From NCBI GenBank assembly GCA_902523535.1, contig CABYZQ010000001.1, positions 53,047 through 117,046 of the forward strand: a stretch of DNA of 64,000 bases, in the 5' to 3' direction. Each line of letters begins with the position of its first letter. The first letter of the stretch is position 1. A program made the translations under genes and the position numbers. Source of the DNA: an uncultured Pelagibacteraceae bacterium. Its GTDB lineage: Bacteria > Pseudomonadota > Alphaproteobacteria > Pelagibacterales > AG-422-B15. Of the stretch, positions 1-8,648 are shown piece by piece. The notes below the pieces were generated by a model, which ran no database searches, was not told where the DNA came from, and saw only the letters and a program-made list of their open reading frames with translations.

Positions 1-7
1 CGCTCAT
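1..7 (-). CDS. possible 5' end of cytochrome b (bc1 complex), cut by the window edge
   Basis: An ATG at 7..5 lies 5 nt downstream of the petA stop on the same strand. petA followed by petB is the usual bc1 operon order. Only about 2 codons are visible. Confidence 0.3.
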
Positions 8-12
8 GTTAT

Positions 13-522
13 TTATCCAATTTTAATAGTGTTATCATTAAGAAATACATAGTCGGGAATTTCCAAATTGGTAGGGGCTGGACCTTTTCTTATTCTACCA
101 GATGTATCATAGTGTGAACCATGGCATGGACAGAACCAGCCGTTATATTCTCCCTTTTGACCAAGTGGAATACACCCTAGGTGAGTACATATTCCTACCA
201 TTACCAACCACTCTGGATTTATAGCTCTAGCGGCATCATCTTGGGGATCCGGTAAGTCATCGAGAGATACAGCTTTAGCTTCTGAAATCTCTTCAGGTGT
301 CCTTCTTCTAATAAAAACAGGCTTACCTCTCCACAAAACAGTAATGCTTTGGCCTAGAGCAATGGGTCTTAAGTCAACTTCCGTTGAAGCCAGAGCTTTT
401 ACTGATGCATCTGGATTCATTTGATCTACAAAAGGCCATACCAATGAAGCAGCTCCAGCAGCAGTAAATGTTCCGGTTGTGATGTACAAAAAGTTTCTTC
501 TTGTAACAGGTTTGTCTGACAA
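13..522 (-). CDS. petA: ubiquinol-cytochrome c reductase Rieske iron-sulfur subunit
   Basis: Rieske boxes CTHLGCIP and CPCHGSHYD; N-terminal twin-arginine-like TRRNFLY followed by a hydrophobic anchor. Confidence 0.95.
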   Translation of the reverse strand: MSDKPVTRRNFLYITTGTFTAAGAASLVWPFVDQMNPDASVKALASTEVDLRPIALGQSITVLWRGKPVFIRRRTPEEISEAKAVSLDDLPDPQDDAARAINPEWLVMVGICTHLGCIPLGQKGEYNGWFCPCHGSHYDTSGRIRKGPAPTNLEIPDYVFLNDNTIKIG

Positions 523-657
523 ATTTTCTTCCCAATATTTAATTGCTAATATACTCTAAAATAAGCATTTTTATGCGAAATAAAATAAGCAATTGAAGGA
601 TAAATTGGGTCAAGATGACGCATATTTCTCTAAAAATCTAGAAGGGTAAACTTAAAA

Positions 658-1101
658 TTGAATTTAGCGATATTTGAACCTGATATTCCTCAAAATACTG
701 GTGCTATGATTCGTATTTGCTCATGTTTTGATGTGGATATCGATATTATTCATCCTGCATCATTTGTTTTGTCTGAAAAATCACTAAACCGTGTTGCAAT
801 GGACTATATCAAAAATGTAAAGATAAGCGAATTTGATGATTGGGAAGATTACATGACAAAAAGAAATGGAAGAAAAATATTACTTTCAACGAAAGGAAGT
901 AAATCTCATTATGATTTTAGCTTTAATCAGACAGACAATCTAATCGTAGGAAGAGAAAGTGCGGGTGTGCCAGAATATGTTCATCAAGATTCAGATGAGG
1001 TTCTTAAGATAAATATGAAAGCGGGAGCGAGATCACTCAATGTAGCCACATCATCTGCGATAGTAATCTCGGAAGCCATAAGGCAATTAAAAATAATATA
1101 G
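658..1101 (+). CDS. trmL: tRNA (cytidine/uridine-2'-O)-methyltransferase, SpoU/TrmL type
   Basis: N-terminus IFEPDIPQNTGAMIRIC and C-terminal SLNVATSSAIV are typical of TrmL/SpoU. TTG start; the next Met would remove the conserved N-terminus. Confidence 0.85.
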   Translation: MNLAIFEPDIPQNTGAMIRICSCFDVDIDIIHPASFVLSEKSLNRVAMDYIKNVKISEFDDWEDYMTKRNGRKILLSTKGSKSHYDFSFNQTDNLIVGRESAGVPEYVHQDSDEVLKINMKAGARSLNVATSSAIVISEAIRQLKII

Positions 1102-1102
1102 T

Positions 1103-1909
1103 ATGAAAAATAATAATAAAAAGATTTGTAAAGACTGGTTTATAGAACTTCAAAATTTAATATGTAAGGCAGTTCTTGAGCTTGAAAAAGAATATGGATC
1201 AACCGCTAAGTTCAAGAAGAATAAATGGTCAAAGGGAGAGTATAGAATTATTGAAGGTGATGTAATTGAAAAAGGTGGTGTTGCATTTTCAAACGTTGTT
1301 GGGAAATTTCCAAAAGACTTTGCAAAGCAAATACCCGGCACTGAAAAAAATAATAATTTCTGGTCATCAGGTGTTTCAGTTGTGCTCCATCCAGTAAATC
1401 CAAAAGTTCCGGCATTGCACTTTAATACGCGACATATTATTACCAGCAAAAGTTGGTTTGGGGGAGGAATTGACGCTACTCCATGCTTAGAAGATAAAAT
1501 ATTAAAAAAGAACTTTCACTCTAAACTTAAAAATACATGTGATATGCACAGCAAGAGTTATTATCCTAAATATAAAAAATGGTGCGATGAGTACTTTTAT
1601 TTGCCGCACAGAAAAGAAATAAGAGGCATCGGCGGTATTTTCTTCGATTACAAAATGGATAATTGGGATAATGATTTTGAATTTGTAAAAGACGTAGGAT
1701 TAACCTTTGTAGAAATTATTAAAGATGTTGTTCGCAGAAAAATGTTTGAAAAATTCACAAAAAAACAGAAAGAAATTCAGTTGTTGAAACGAGGCCGTTA
1801 CGTAGAATATAATCTTTTGTACGACCGAGGAACTAAATTTGGACTAAATAGTGGCGGTAATATAGATGCGATTTTAATGTCAATGCCGCCTAATGCAAAA
1901 TGGAAGTAA
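1103..1909 (+). CDS. hemF: oxygen-dependent coproporphyrinogen III oxidase
   Basis: HemF motifs HFNTRH, WFGGGIDATP, RGIGGIFFD and YNLLYDRGTKFGL. Confidence 0.93.
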   Translation: MKNNNKKICKDWFIELQNLICKAVLELEKEYGSTAKFKKNKWSKGEYRIIEGDVIEKGGVAFSNVVGKFPKDFAKQIPGTEKNNNFWSSGVSVVLHPVNPKVPALHFNTRHIITSKSWFGGGIDATPCLEDKILKKNFHSKLKNTCDMHSKSYYPKYKKWCDEYFYLPHRKEIRGIGGIFFDYKMDNWDNDFEFVKDVGLTFVEIIKDVVRRKMFEKFTKKQKEIQLLKRGRYVEYNLLYDRGTKFGLNSGGNIDAILMSMPPNAKWK

Positions 1910-1915
1910 ATAGAA

Positions 1916-2395
1916 ATGGATACAGAGCCAATTACAGTAGCAGGAGCAAAAAAACTTCAAGACGAATTGAATGATCTTATTAACAATAAGCGTCAAAAGG
2001 TAATACAAGCCATAGCTGAAGCAAGGGAGCATGGTGACTTAAAAGAAAACGCTGAATATCATGCCGCCAAAGAAGAGCAAGGTCACATTGAAGGACGTAT
2101 TCAAGAAATTCAACTTATGCTCTCTAATGCAGAAATAATAGATCTTGATAATATTCCAAAAACTCAGAAGACAGTTGTTTTTGGAGCAACTGTTGAGTTG
2201 TCAGATTTAGATGATGAATCTAAAACAAAATTTCAAATTGTTGGTGATGATGAAGCAGATATTGAATCAGGCTTATTGTCCTATAAGTCACCTGTTGCGA
2301 GAGCACTTATTGGAAAAGAAAAAGGAGATTTTGTTACTGTGACAACACCAAAAGGTGAAAAGAATTACGATATTAAAAAAATTGAATTTAAATAA
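1916..2395 (+). CDS. greA: transcription elongation factor GreA
   Basis: GDLKENAEYHAAKEEQ coiled-coil tip motif; 159 aa; C-terminal FKBP-like domain pattern. Confidence 0.95.
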   Translation: MDTEPITVAGAKKLQDELNDLINNKRQKVIQAIAEAREHGDLKENAEYHAAKEEQGHIEGRIQEIQLMLSNAEIIDLDNIPKTQKTVVFGATVELSDLDDESKTKFQIVGDDEADIESGLLSYKSPVARALIGKEKGDFVTVTTPKGEKNYDIKKIEFK

Positions 2396-2403
2396 AAGAA
2401 TTT

Positions 2404-3636
2404 TTACTTTTGAGCCTGAACAATCGCTTTCAAGCGCTCTATAAGAGAAAACTTATCATCGATAAAGTCATTTTCGGCCCACCAATCTTCAACTTCAGAC
2501 ATTATTCTTCCAACCATTGGGCCCTGCTCTATCCCCATGTTTATAATGTCTTTGGGTGAAATTCCAAAATCAGGTTTGGTCCAGTTATCCGCAACTTCAT
2601 ACAACGATCTCCAGTTAACTTCGTTCTTATTTTGAGTATCTCGAGACCAATTTATTATAATCTGATTTTGAAATTCAGTTTTACCAAGCTTATACAATAA
2701 GTAGCGAACTTCTTTCATTGAAAGGTATGAAACAATTTTTTTATTGAGACTTGATAATTTCAGTAACTCTGTTGAATCTGTCTTGGATAATGGAAAGCTA
2801 TTAATAAAATGGTTTGTTTTTTCAAGTGAGCTTCCTATAAGTGTGCTTAGCCTAATTATAGGATTGGGTACTGCGCCAATTCTTGATTCAATTTCAATTA
2901 AGTTTTTAAAATTTTCATCCAGTAAAGCTCCTTCGAAATGAGTTTTCAATATTCCCACACTCTCCATCATATGAAGTGAATTATGAGGTGTTTTTAATTT
3001 TAAAATTTCTTTAAATTCATACCATTTCCGTTCATTGGAGATATTTGATAAATGAGCATTATTGACCGTAAATACTTTTTGTAAATCAGGATCAATATCG
3101 CTATTTTCAAAAAGTGCAAAGAAGCGAAAGTATCGAAGAATCCTAAGGTAATCTTCTTTAATTCTTTCATTTGGATCTCCAATAAAAATAACATTGCCAT
3201 TCTTCAAATCCTCTTGGCCATTATAGAAATCGAATATTTTTCCGTTACTGTCGACATAGAGAGCATTAAAGGTGAAATCTCTTCTTTGAGCATCTTCCTT
3301 CATATCCTTGGTAAATGTAACCGTTGCATGTCTGCCATCAGTTGAAATATCTTTTCTAAAAGATGTGATCTCATATTTTTTCTGATTTATAATGGCAGTA
3401 ACAGTGCCATATTTCTTACCTACATCCACAGACTGAATATTATTTTGATCAAGCAGGTTAGTTGTTTCATCGGGAGTCAACGATGTTGCAAAATCAATGT
3501 CAGTAACATCTTTTTGCAAAATTGCATCTCTGATACAACCACCAACAAGAAAAATGCTGTTCTTTTTAAAAGTTTCAAAAATTCTGAATATTTGACTAAC
3601 TTCTTCAGATGAGATTAGGGAAGAATAATTGCTCAT
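2404..3636 (-). CDS. cca: CCA-adding tRNA nucleotidyltransferase / poly(A) polymerase family protein
   Basis: Nucleotidyltransferase signature LVGGCIRD...DIDFAT and RRDFTFNAL. The position next to the NUDIX and DUF1285 genes is conserved in alphaproteobacteria. Confidence 0.85.
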   Translation of the reverse strand: MSNYSSLISSEEVSQIFRIFETFKKNSIFLVGGCIRDAILQKDVTDIDFATSLTPDETTNLLDQNNIQSVDVGKKYGTVTAIINQKKYEITSFRKDISTDGRHATVTFTKDMKEDAQRRDFTFNALYVDSNGKIFDFYNGQEDLKNGNVIFIGDPNERIKEDYLRILRYFRFFALFENSDIDPDLQKVFTVNNAHLSNISNERKWYEFKEILKLKTPHNSLHMMESVGILKTHFEGALLDENFKNLIEIESRIGAVPNPIIRLSTLIGSSLEKTNHFINSFPLSKTDSTELLKLSSLNKKIVSYLSMKEVRYLLYKLGKTEFQNQIIINWSRDTQNKNEVNWRSLYEVADNWTKPDFGISPKDIINMGIEQGPMVGRIMSEVEDWWAENDFIDDKFSLIERLKAIVQAQK

Positions 3637-3654
3637 AGCAAGAGCATATTTATA

Positions 3655-4293
3655 TTATTTTAAAATTTGATAAAGATTTATTAACATTCCTGCTGTTGCC
3701 CCCCAAATTCTATAGTTTTCGTAAGGTAAAACACTATAAACATAATCATATTTTTCATCACCATGACTGTAAGTAGCACTTTCCTCCTGATGGTTATTTT
3801 TATTCATAAGAAATTCTAAAGGAAGATAAAAGACCTCATCTACTTCACTTTTATTAATTTTTAGTGACGAATAATCTTTAATTACAGAAACAATTGGTAA
3901 TATTCTGAAGCCAGTTCCTGTTACGTAAACATCAAGATTTCCCAACACTTCAACTTGTTCTCTAGAAAGCCCAACTTCCTCTGATGCTTCCCTTAGAGAG
4001 GTTTCTATAGGAGTTAAATCGCCTGTCTCAATTTTACCTCCTGGAAAACTTATTTGACCTGCATGATCTTTAAGATTTGTAGGTCTTTTTGTAAGCAATA
4101 TCTTTACATTGTCTTCTTCATAAATAATTGGCACTAAAACTGCGGACGGTATCAAATTGTAACTTTCTTTTTTAAGTTTTGCCAAAGGATGATGTGCTCT
4201 TGTAATCAAATCATTAGTTAATTGGTCAAAATATTTGTGTGATATTATTTCAGGACCTTTAAAAAGCTTTCTCAATTGAGAAATTTCGATCAT
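3655..4293 (-). CDS. NUDIX hydrolase, CoA pyrophosphatase-like
   Basis: Nudix box GGKIETGDLTPIETSLREASEEVGL; 4-nt overlap with the upstream DUF1285 gene. Confidence 0.85.
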   Translation of the reverse strand: MIEISQLRKLFKGPEIISHKYFDQLTNDLITRAHHPLAKLKKESYNLIPSAVLVPIIYEEDNVKILLTKRPTNLKDHAGQISFPGGKIETGDLTPIETSLREASEEVGLSREQVEVLGNLDVYVTGTGFRILPIVSVIKDYSSLKINKSEVDEVFYLPLEFLMNKNNHQEESATYSHGDEKYDYVYSVLPYENYRIWGATAGMLINLYQILK

Positions 4294-4871
4294 AAATCTT
4301 CTACTTTATGAATTTTAAAAATTTCCCCCTGGCTTTTTATCGCTAAGTACGGCACGCCATCAATTGGTATAGTCTCAGCTAAGTCTACTAATTCATAAAA
4401 AACTGATCGAGAAATAAGCGCTCTTAAATTATTACGAACTGTTATGTATGGAGAGGGTTCATCATTTTTCTTTATTTCAATTGATAATGGATTCTCTTTT
4501 GAAAGAACAATTTCATCATTAAGATTGGTCCGAAAAGTTACTGTATTCATTCCTTCACTTTGCTCTTTTGTTATAGCTACCGCTACAAAAGGTGCGTCTT
4601 CAACTTGAATTCTTACTTTTTCAACTGGAGTAACCAAATAGTATGAATTGTCAGACTCTAATCTAAGAATACCTGAAAATAATTTGACCATGGCAGGTCT
4701 TTTAATTTCTGATCCCATGTAATACCATTTTCCAGATTTAGAAATTGTCATATCAATATCTCCACAAAACGGAGGGTTCCATTTTTCAATTGGAGGAAGA
4801 GATTTCTTATTTGATTTACTGAAACTATAGATTGTTTCTATACCCTTCAAGTTTACTGGATCATCACTCAT
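4290..4871 (-). CDS. DUF1285-family protein
   Basis: Size and the conserved DUF1285-NUDIX-CCA arrangement. The WYYMGSEI/PFVAV pattern matches the family from memory. Confidence 0.6.
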   Translation of the reverse strand: MSDDPVNLKGIETIYSFSKSNKKSLPPIEKWNPPFCGDIDMTISKSGKWYYMGSEIKRPAMVKLFSGILRLESDNSYYLVTPVEKVRIQVEDAPFVAVAITKEQSEGMNTVTFRTNLNDEIVLSKENPLSIEIKKNDEPSPYITVRNNLRALISRSVFYELVDLAETIPIDGVPYLAIKSQGEIFKIHKVEDL

Positions 4872-4880
4872 TATTTTTTT

Positions 4881-5369
4881 CTACGTAAATTTATACTGCT
4901 CAATATCATTTATATTTATTTTTGTGCCAATCAATTTTATCAAAACTTTATCCTTATTTACAGGACCATAAAATTCTAAGTTCTTCTCAACTTTATTGAA
5001 TTTAAATTTTGAATAATAATCTAAGTCACCGACGACAATGATAAAGTCATAAATATTGCTCAATTCTATTTTATTAATTGTGTATTTTACTAATTCTTTA
5101 CCATGACCCTTGCCTTTTAAGGCAGGACTGACTGCTAGGGGGCCTAGTAAAAGTCCTTTAAATAAATTGTTTATATACGTTTCACTATAACTAATGCTTG
5201 CGGCAATTTTTGACTCATTCAAGGAGACGTATGAAAATTCATCAATGAAAGGTCTTATTTCTCTCAAACGATATACAGATCTTGCTAATCTTCCTGGTCC
5301 AAATGCTTCATCCAGCAAACTAGATATATTTATTTCATCATCAGGTTTAGTTCGTCGAATATTTTCCAT
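4881..5369 (-). CDS. GNAT family N-acetyltransferase
   Basis: Acetyl-CoA binding loop LAVSPALKGKGHGKELV (Q/RxxGxG/A type). Confidence 0.75.
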   Translation of the reverse strand: MENIRRTKPDDEINISSLLDEAFGPGRLARSVYRLREIRPFIDEFSYVSLNESKIAASISYSETYINNLFKGLLLGPLAVSPALKGKGHGKELVKYTINKIELSNIYDFIIVVGDLDYYSKFKFNKVEKNLEFYGPVNKDKVLIKLIGTKININDIEQYKFT

Positions 5370-5441
5370 TATAAAACTTCTATTATTAGCTTATTTTCGT
5401 TATGATTTTACAATTAAAAATTACGAATTGGGAGATATATT

Positions 5442-5897
5442 ATGCTGACAGTTGATGTTAATGAAATCGAGTCATACAAAGGCAAAGAAATGGGTCATTC
5501 AGAGTGGATGACTATTGATCAAGAAAGAATAAATCAGTTTGCTGAAGCAACTAGTGATCATCAATGGATACATGTTGACGAAGAAAAAGCTCAAAAAGAA
5601 TTGCCAACTAAAAGCACAATTGCTCATGGATTTTTAAGCCTTTCTCTTTCAGTGCCTTTGAGCGCTCAAGTATGGATTATCTCAGGCGCTAAAATGGTGA
5701 TAAATTATGGCTTAAACAAAGTTAGATTCATTAACATGGTGCCCGTAAATTCTAAAGTAAGAATGTCAGCTAAAATAAACGAAGTTAACAAATTAGATAA
5801 CGGTGGTACGCAAGTAATCAGCGAAGTATCCCTCGAAATTGAAGGTCAAGATAAACCAGCTTATGTAGCTGAAACGATTATGGTTGCCTTTCCGTAA
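5442..5897 (+). CDS. MaoC-like (R)-specific enoyl-CoA hydratase / hot-dog dehydratase
   Basis: FAEATSDHQWIHVDEEKA and TIAHGFL hot-dog motifs. A GGGAGA Shine-Dalgarno sequence lies upstream. Confidence 0.8.
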   Translation: MLTVDVNEIESYKGKEMGHSEWMTIDQERINQFAEATSDHQWIHVDEEKAQKELPTKSTIAHGFLSLSLSVPLSAQVWIISGAKMVINYGLNKVRFINMVPVNSKVRMSAKINEVNKLDNGGTQVISEVSLEIEGQDKPAYVAETIMVAFP

Positions 5898-5901
5898 CTG
5901 A

Positions 5902-6750
5902 ATGAGTGATAAATCTTTTCCTGATCCTGATGCAAAAATAATTGAAGAGAGCGGTGAGACAATTAAGCTCGTGACCTGGAACTTATGGTGGAAGTTTGAA
6001 TCTTATAAGGAAAGAGAAAATTTAATTTTAACAGAGCTTCAAGAAACAGCAGCTGATATAATGTGTTTACAGGAAGTATGGGAAGAGGAAGATGAAAGCC
6101 AAGCAAAAATAATAGCTGACAAACTTGGATACCAATATGTTTATGGAAAATCTTTTGAGTTTGACGGTGTTGCGTTTGGAAATGCTATAATCTCAAAGTA
6201 TCCAATACAAAATCATCAAGTAATAATGTTTAAAGCAGACCCTAAGAAAGATGAGAAGAAATTATTTATACATGCTGAGTTACTCTATAAAAACAGTATT
6301 ACAATTAATGTCATATGTACGCACCTTAACTACAAATACGAGCATCAACCAGTAAGAGAAAGTCAAGTTACAGAATTAATGGAGTATATAAGCCATCTGC
6401 AAAAATCTAAATTTCCAGTTTTATTGTGTGGTGACTTTAATGCAGATCCTGAGAGTGATGAAATAAAAATGATCACTGGGCACAAAAAGCCCATCAATGA
6501 AACAGTTCTCAGAGATGTTTGGAACCTCACAAATATAGGTGAACCAGGTTATACATGGTCCAATGAAAATAAATGGGCAATGAAAACTCTAGAGTATGAC
6601 CGAAGAATTGATTATATATTTTCTTCAAAAGCAGGGCCTAAAGGTTTGGGACAACCTGTAAAAAGTTGCCTAATAGGAAATAAATCAAATGATATTTATC
6701 CCAGTGATCACTTTGGAATTTTAACTCAACTGGTGGGCATAAAAGATTAA
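5902..6750 (+). CDS. endonuclease/exonuclease/phosphatase (EEP) family protein
   Basis: EEP motifs LVTWNLW, LQEV, GDFNA and C-terminal PSDHFGI. Confidence 0.8.
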   Translation: MSDKSFPDPDAKIIEESGETIKLVTWNLWWKFESYKERENLILTELQETAADIMCLQEVWEEEDESQAKIIADKLGYQYVYGKSFEFDGVAFGNAIISKYPIQNHQVIMFKADPKKDEKKLFIHAELLYKNSITINVICTHLNYKYEHQPVRESQVTELMEYISHLQKSKFPVLLCGDFNADPESDEIKMITGHKKPINETVLRDVWNLTNIGEPGYTWSNENKWAMKTLEYDRRIDYIFSSKAGPKGLGQPVKSCLIGNKSNDIYPSDHFGILTQLVGIKD

Positions 6751-7124
6751 TGAGTTTATTTATTTCAATATTTATTGGTGGCGGTATAGGGGCGCTTACT
6801 CGGTATATTCTTATAGAACAAATTAATAAATCGTTTGTAAGTTCTTTTCCTTATGGAACTCTCACAGTGAATGTTATAGGTGCATTTCTTATTGGTTTAG
6901 CATGGAGCTACTTCGCAGCTAAAATTAATATTTCTGATAATCTTAAAATGTTCATCACTATTGGATTCTTGGGGGGCTTTACTACTTTCTCTTCTTTTAA
7001 TGTGGATATTTTTGAGCTAATTCAGAATGGTAGTATTTTGATTTCAATTTTATATATAATTGGCACGTTCGCTCTAACAGTTGGAGCTTTTTTCTTAGGA
7101 ATGAGTTTATTACGAATAGCCTGA
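6750..7124 (+). CDS. crcB: fluoride ion channel CrcB/FluC
   Basis: 124 aa with 4 predicted TM segments and the GFLGGFTTFSSF motif. Its start overlaps the EEP stop (TAATG). Confidence 0.9.
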   Translation: MSLFISIFIGGGIGALTRYILIEQINKSFVSSFPYGTLTVNVIGAFLIGLAWSYFAAKINISDNLKMFITIGFLGGFTTFSSFNVDIFELIQNGSILISILYIIGTFALTVGAFFLGMSLLRIA

Positions 7125-7676
7125 TTATTTATTTCTTTTTGAGATCATATATTCAGCGAGTCCATCATAACCTTTTTCTATCATCATCTTTGCAGAGCCA
7201 ATATTTTGAACGTCGTCGAGAGGTTTTATCTGATGAGCTACCACTACTGTATTCATAAATTGTGCGGCACCACATATTGAAATAATTTCTGAAATTACTT
7301 GTTCGTCGAAGCCGTATTGAAGTATTTGATCTACATCATCATCAACTATTGATTTTATATCCGCATTGACTTTATGAGCTAGTTTCAAAATTGGTTTGTA
7401 CTTTTCTTCTATACCAGCATTTTCAATGTCTAGAAGTGGCTGCTCATCATTTGCATCTCTTAATAATTTCTTAGATATTTCAGCGTGAATATTTTTACAA
7501 TATTGGCATCCATTGAGGCCAGATATGTAGGCAAAGATCATTTCTTTAATATAAGTGGGCAGTAGTGTTTGTTGGCGCATTAAGGCCTCAAGGTATAAAA
7601 CAAAATGTGATTGATAACTCCAGTTATCTAAAAACACATCATATACAGATTTATATTTGTTTAAAAAGTTGCTCAT
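7125..7676 (-). CDS. carboxymuconolactone decarboxylase / AhpD-like peroxidase-related protein
   Basis: AhpD-type CxxC motif LNGCQYCKNIH; about 180 aa helical protein. Confidence 0.7.
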   Translation of the reverse strand: MSNFLNKYKSVYDVFLDNWSYQSHFVLYLEALMRQQTLLPTYIKEMIFAYISGLNGCQYCKNIHAEISKKLLRDANDEQPLLDIENAGIEEKYKPILKLAHKVNADIKSIVDDDVDQILQYGFDEQVISEIISICGAAQFMNTVVVAHQIKPLDDVQNIGSAKMMIEKGYDGLAEYMISKRNK

Positions 7677-7688
7677 ATTTTTTTTCCT

Positions 7689-7763
7689 TGGCTGGGGCGG
7701 GAGGATTCGAACCTCCGAATGCCGCTACCAAAAAGCGGTGCCTTACCGCTTGGCCACGCCCCA
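7689..7763 (-). tRNA. tRNA-Gln (anticodon UUG)
   Basis: Folded by hand. Acceptor TGGGGCG/CGCCCCA, T arm GGAGG-TTCGAAT-CCTCC, anticodon stem CCGCT/AGCGG with loop UUUUGGU, encoded CCA. Confidence 0.9.
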
Positions 7764-7806
7764 ACACTCATATATTATTTAGTTTAACAAATAGATTTTG
7801 CAATGA

Positions 7807-8643
7807 TTATATTATTCTAGCAAGGCAAGTCCACCATTTAGGATGGAGTTTTTTGATTTTAGAGACAGCATCATTTGCAGTAGCTTCATCTTTGTAACAT
7901 CCAAAAAATGCTGATCCACTTCCTGTCATTCTAGTAAAATTACAACGTTCATCGCTTTCGAGAAACTGCTTTACCATTCTTGTTTCTTGATGAAGCGTTA
8001 TAGCTGTCTCCTCGAGATCATTTGAGGTTTCCTGCAATATATCACTAATTTGTTTTTGGCCCTCGTAAAGAAAATTACTCTTACTCAATATTTGATGCTG
8101 CTCAAATATTATTTTTGTGCTTATTAAAATTTGTGGGTAAATTAGGAGGAAAATTTTATCTGAGAATAATTTTATTCTTTGTTTTACAGAACCTGTGCCA
8201 GTAATTAAAGCTGAACCTTCTTCTAAAAAAAATTCAATGTCAGAACCGAGTTCTTTTGCAGCTAATAAACATTGTGATTTTGATAGAGCGCCCTCGCTCA
8301 CTAAGTACTTTAGGATTTCGGCAACATTTGAGGATCCACCTCCCAATCCAGAGCCAACTGGTATTTGTTTATCAATAAGAATTGCGTAATTACTATGGTT
8401 GATAAAATTATTTTCTAATAGGAATTGAAACAAAGTATGAATATTGCTTTCTTGACTTACTTGCGAGCAAAAAGGTCCTATAAATTTCACAGAAAAATCA
8501 GCTGCTGTATCAATTTTAATTTTATCGGAAATACTTATTCTTGTGATAATAGAAGATAAATCGTGATAACCATTTTTAAGTTTTTTAATTACTTCAAGAA
8601 ATAAATTAATTTTTGCGTATGATTGTAATGTATGCTTGTGCAA
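7807..8643 (-). CDS. ispE: 4-diphosphocytidyl-2-C-methyl-D-erythritol kinase
   Basis: GHMP kinase motif PVGSGLGGGSSNVA; N-terminal AKINLFLEV. Confidence 0.92.
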   Translation of the reverse strand: MHKHTLQSYAKINLFLEVIKKLKNGYHDLSSIITRISISDKIKIDTAADFSVKFIGPFCSQVSQESNIHTLFQFLLENNFINHSNYAILIDKQIPVGSGLGGGSSNVAEILKYLVSEGALSKSQCLLAAKELGSDIEFFLEEGSALITGTGSVKQRIKLFSDKIFLLIYPQILISTKIIFEQHQILSKSNFLYEGQKQISDILQETSNDLEETAITLHQETRMVKQFLESDERCNFTRMTGSGSAFFGCYKDEATANDAVSKIKKLHPKWWTCLARII

Positions 8644-8648
8644 TGATA

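Noticed and set aside
7565-7897. 110-aa plus-strand ORF spanning the AhpD-like gene 5' end, tRNA-Gln and the ispE 3' end.
   Set aside because: It reads straight through a tRNA gene and two real genes on the other strand, so it is spurious.
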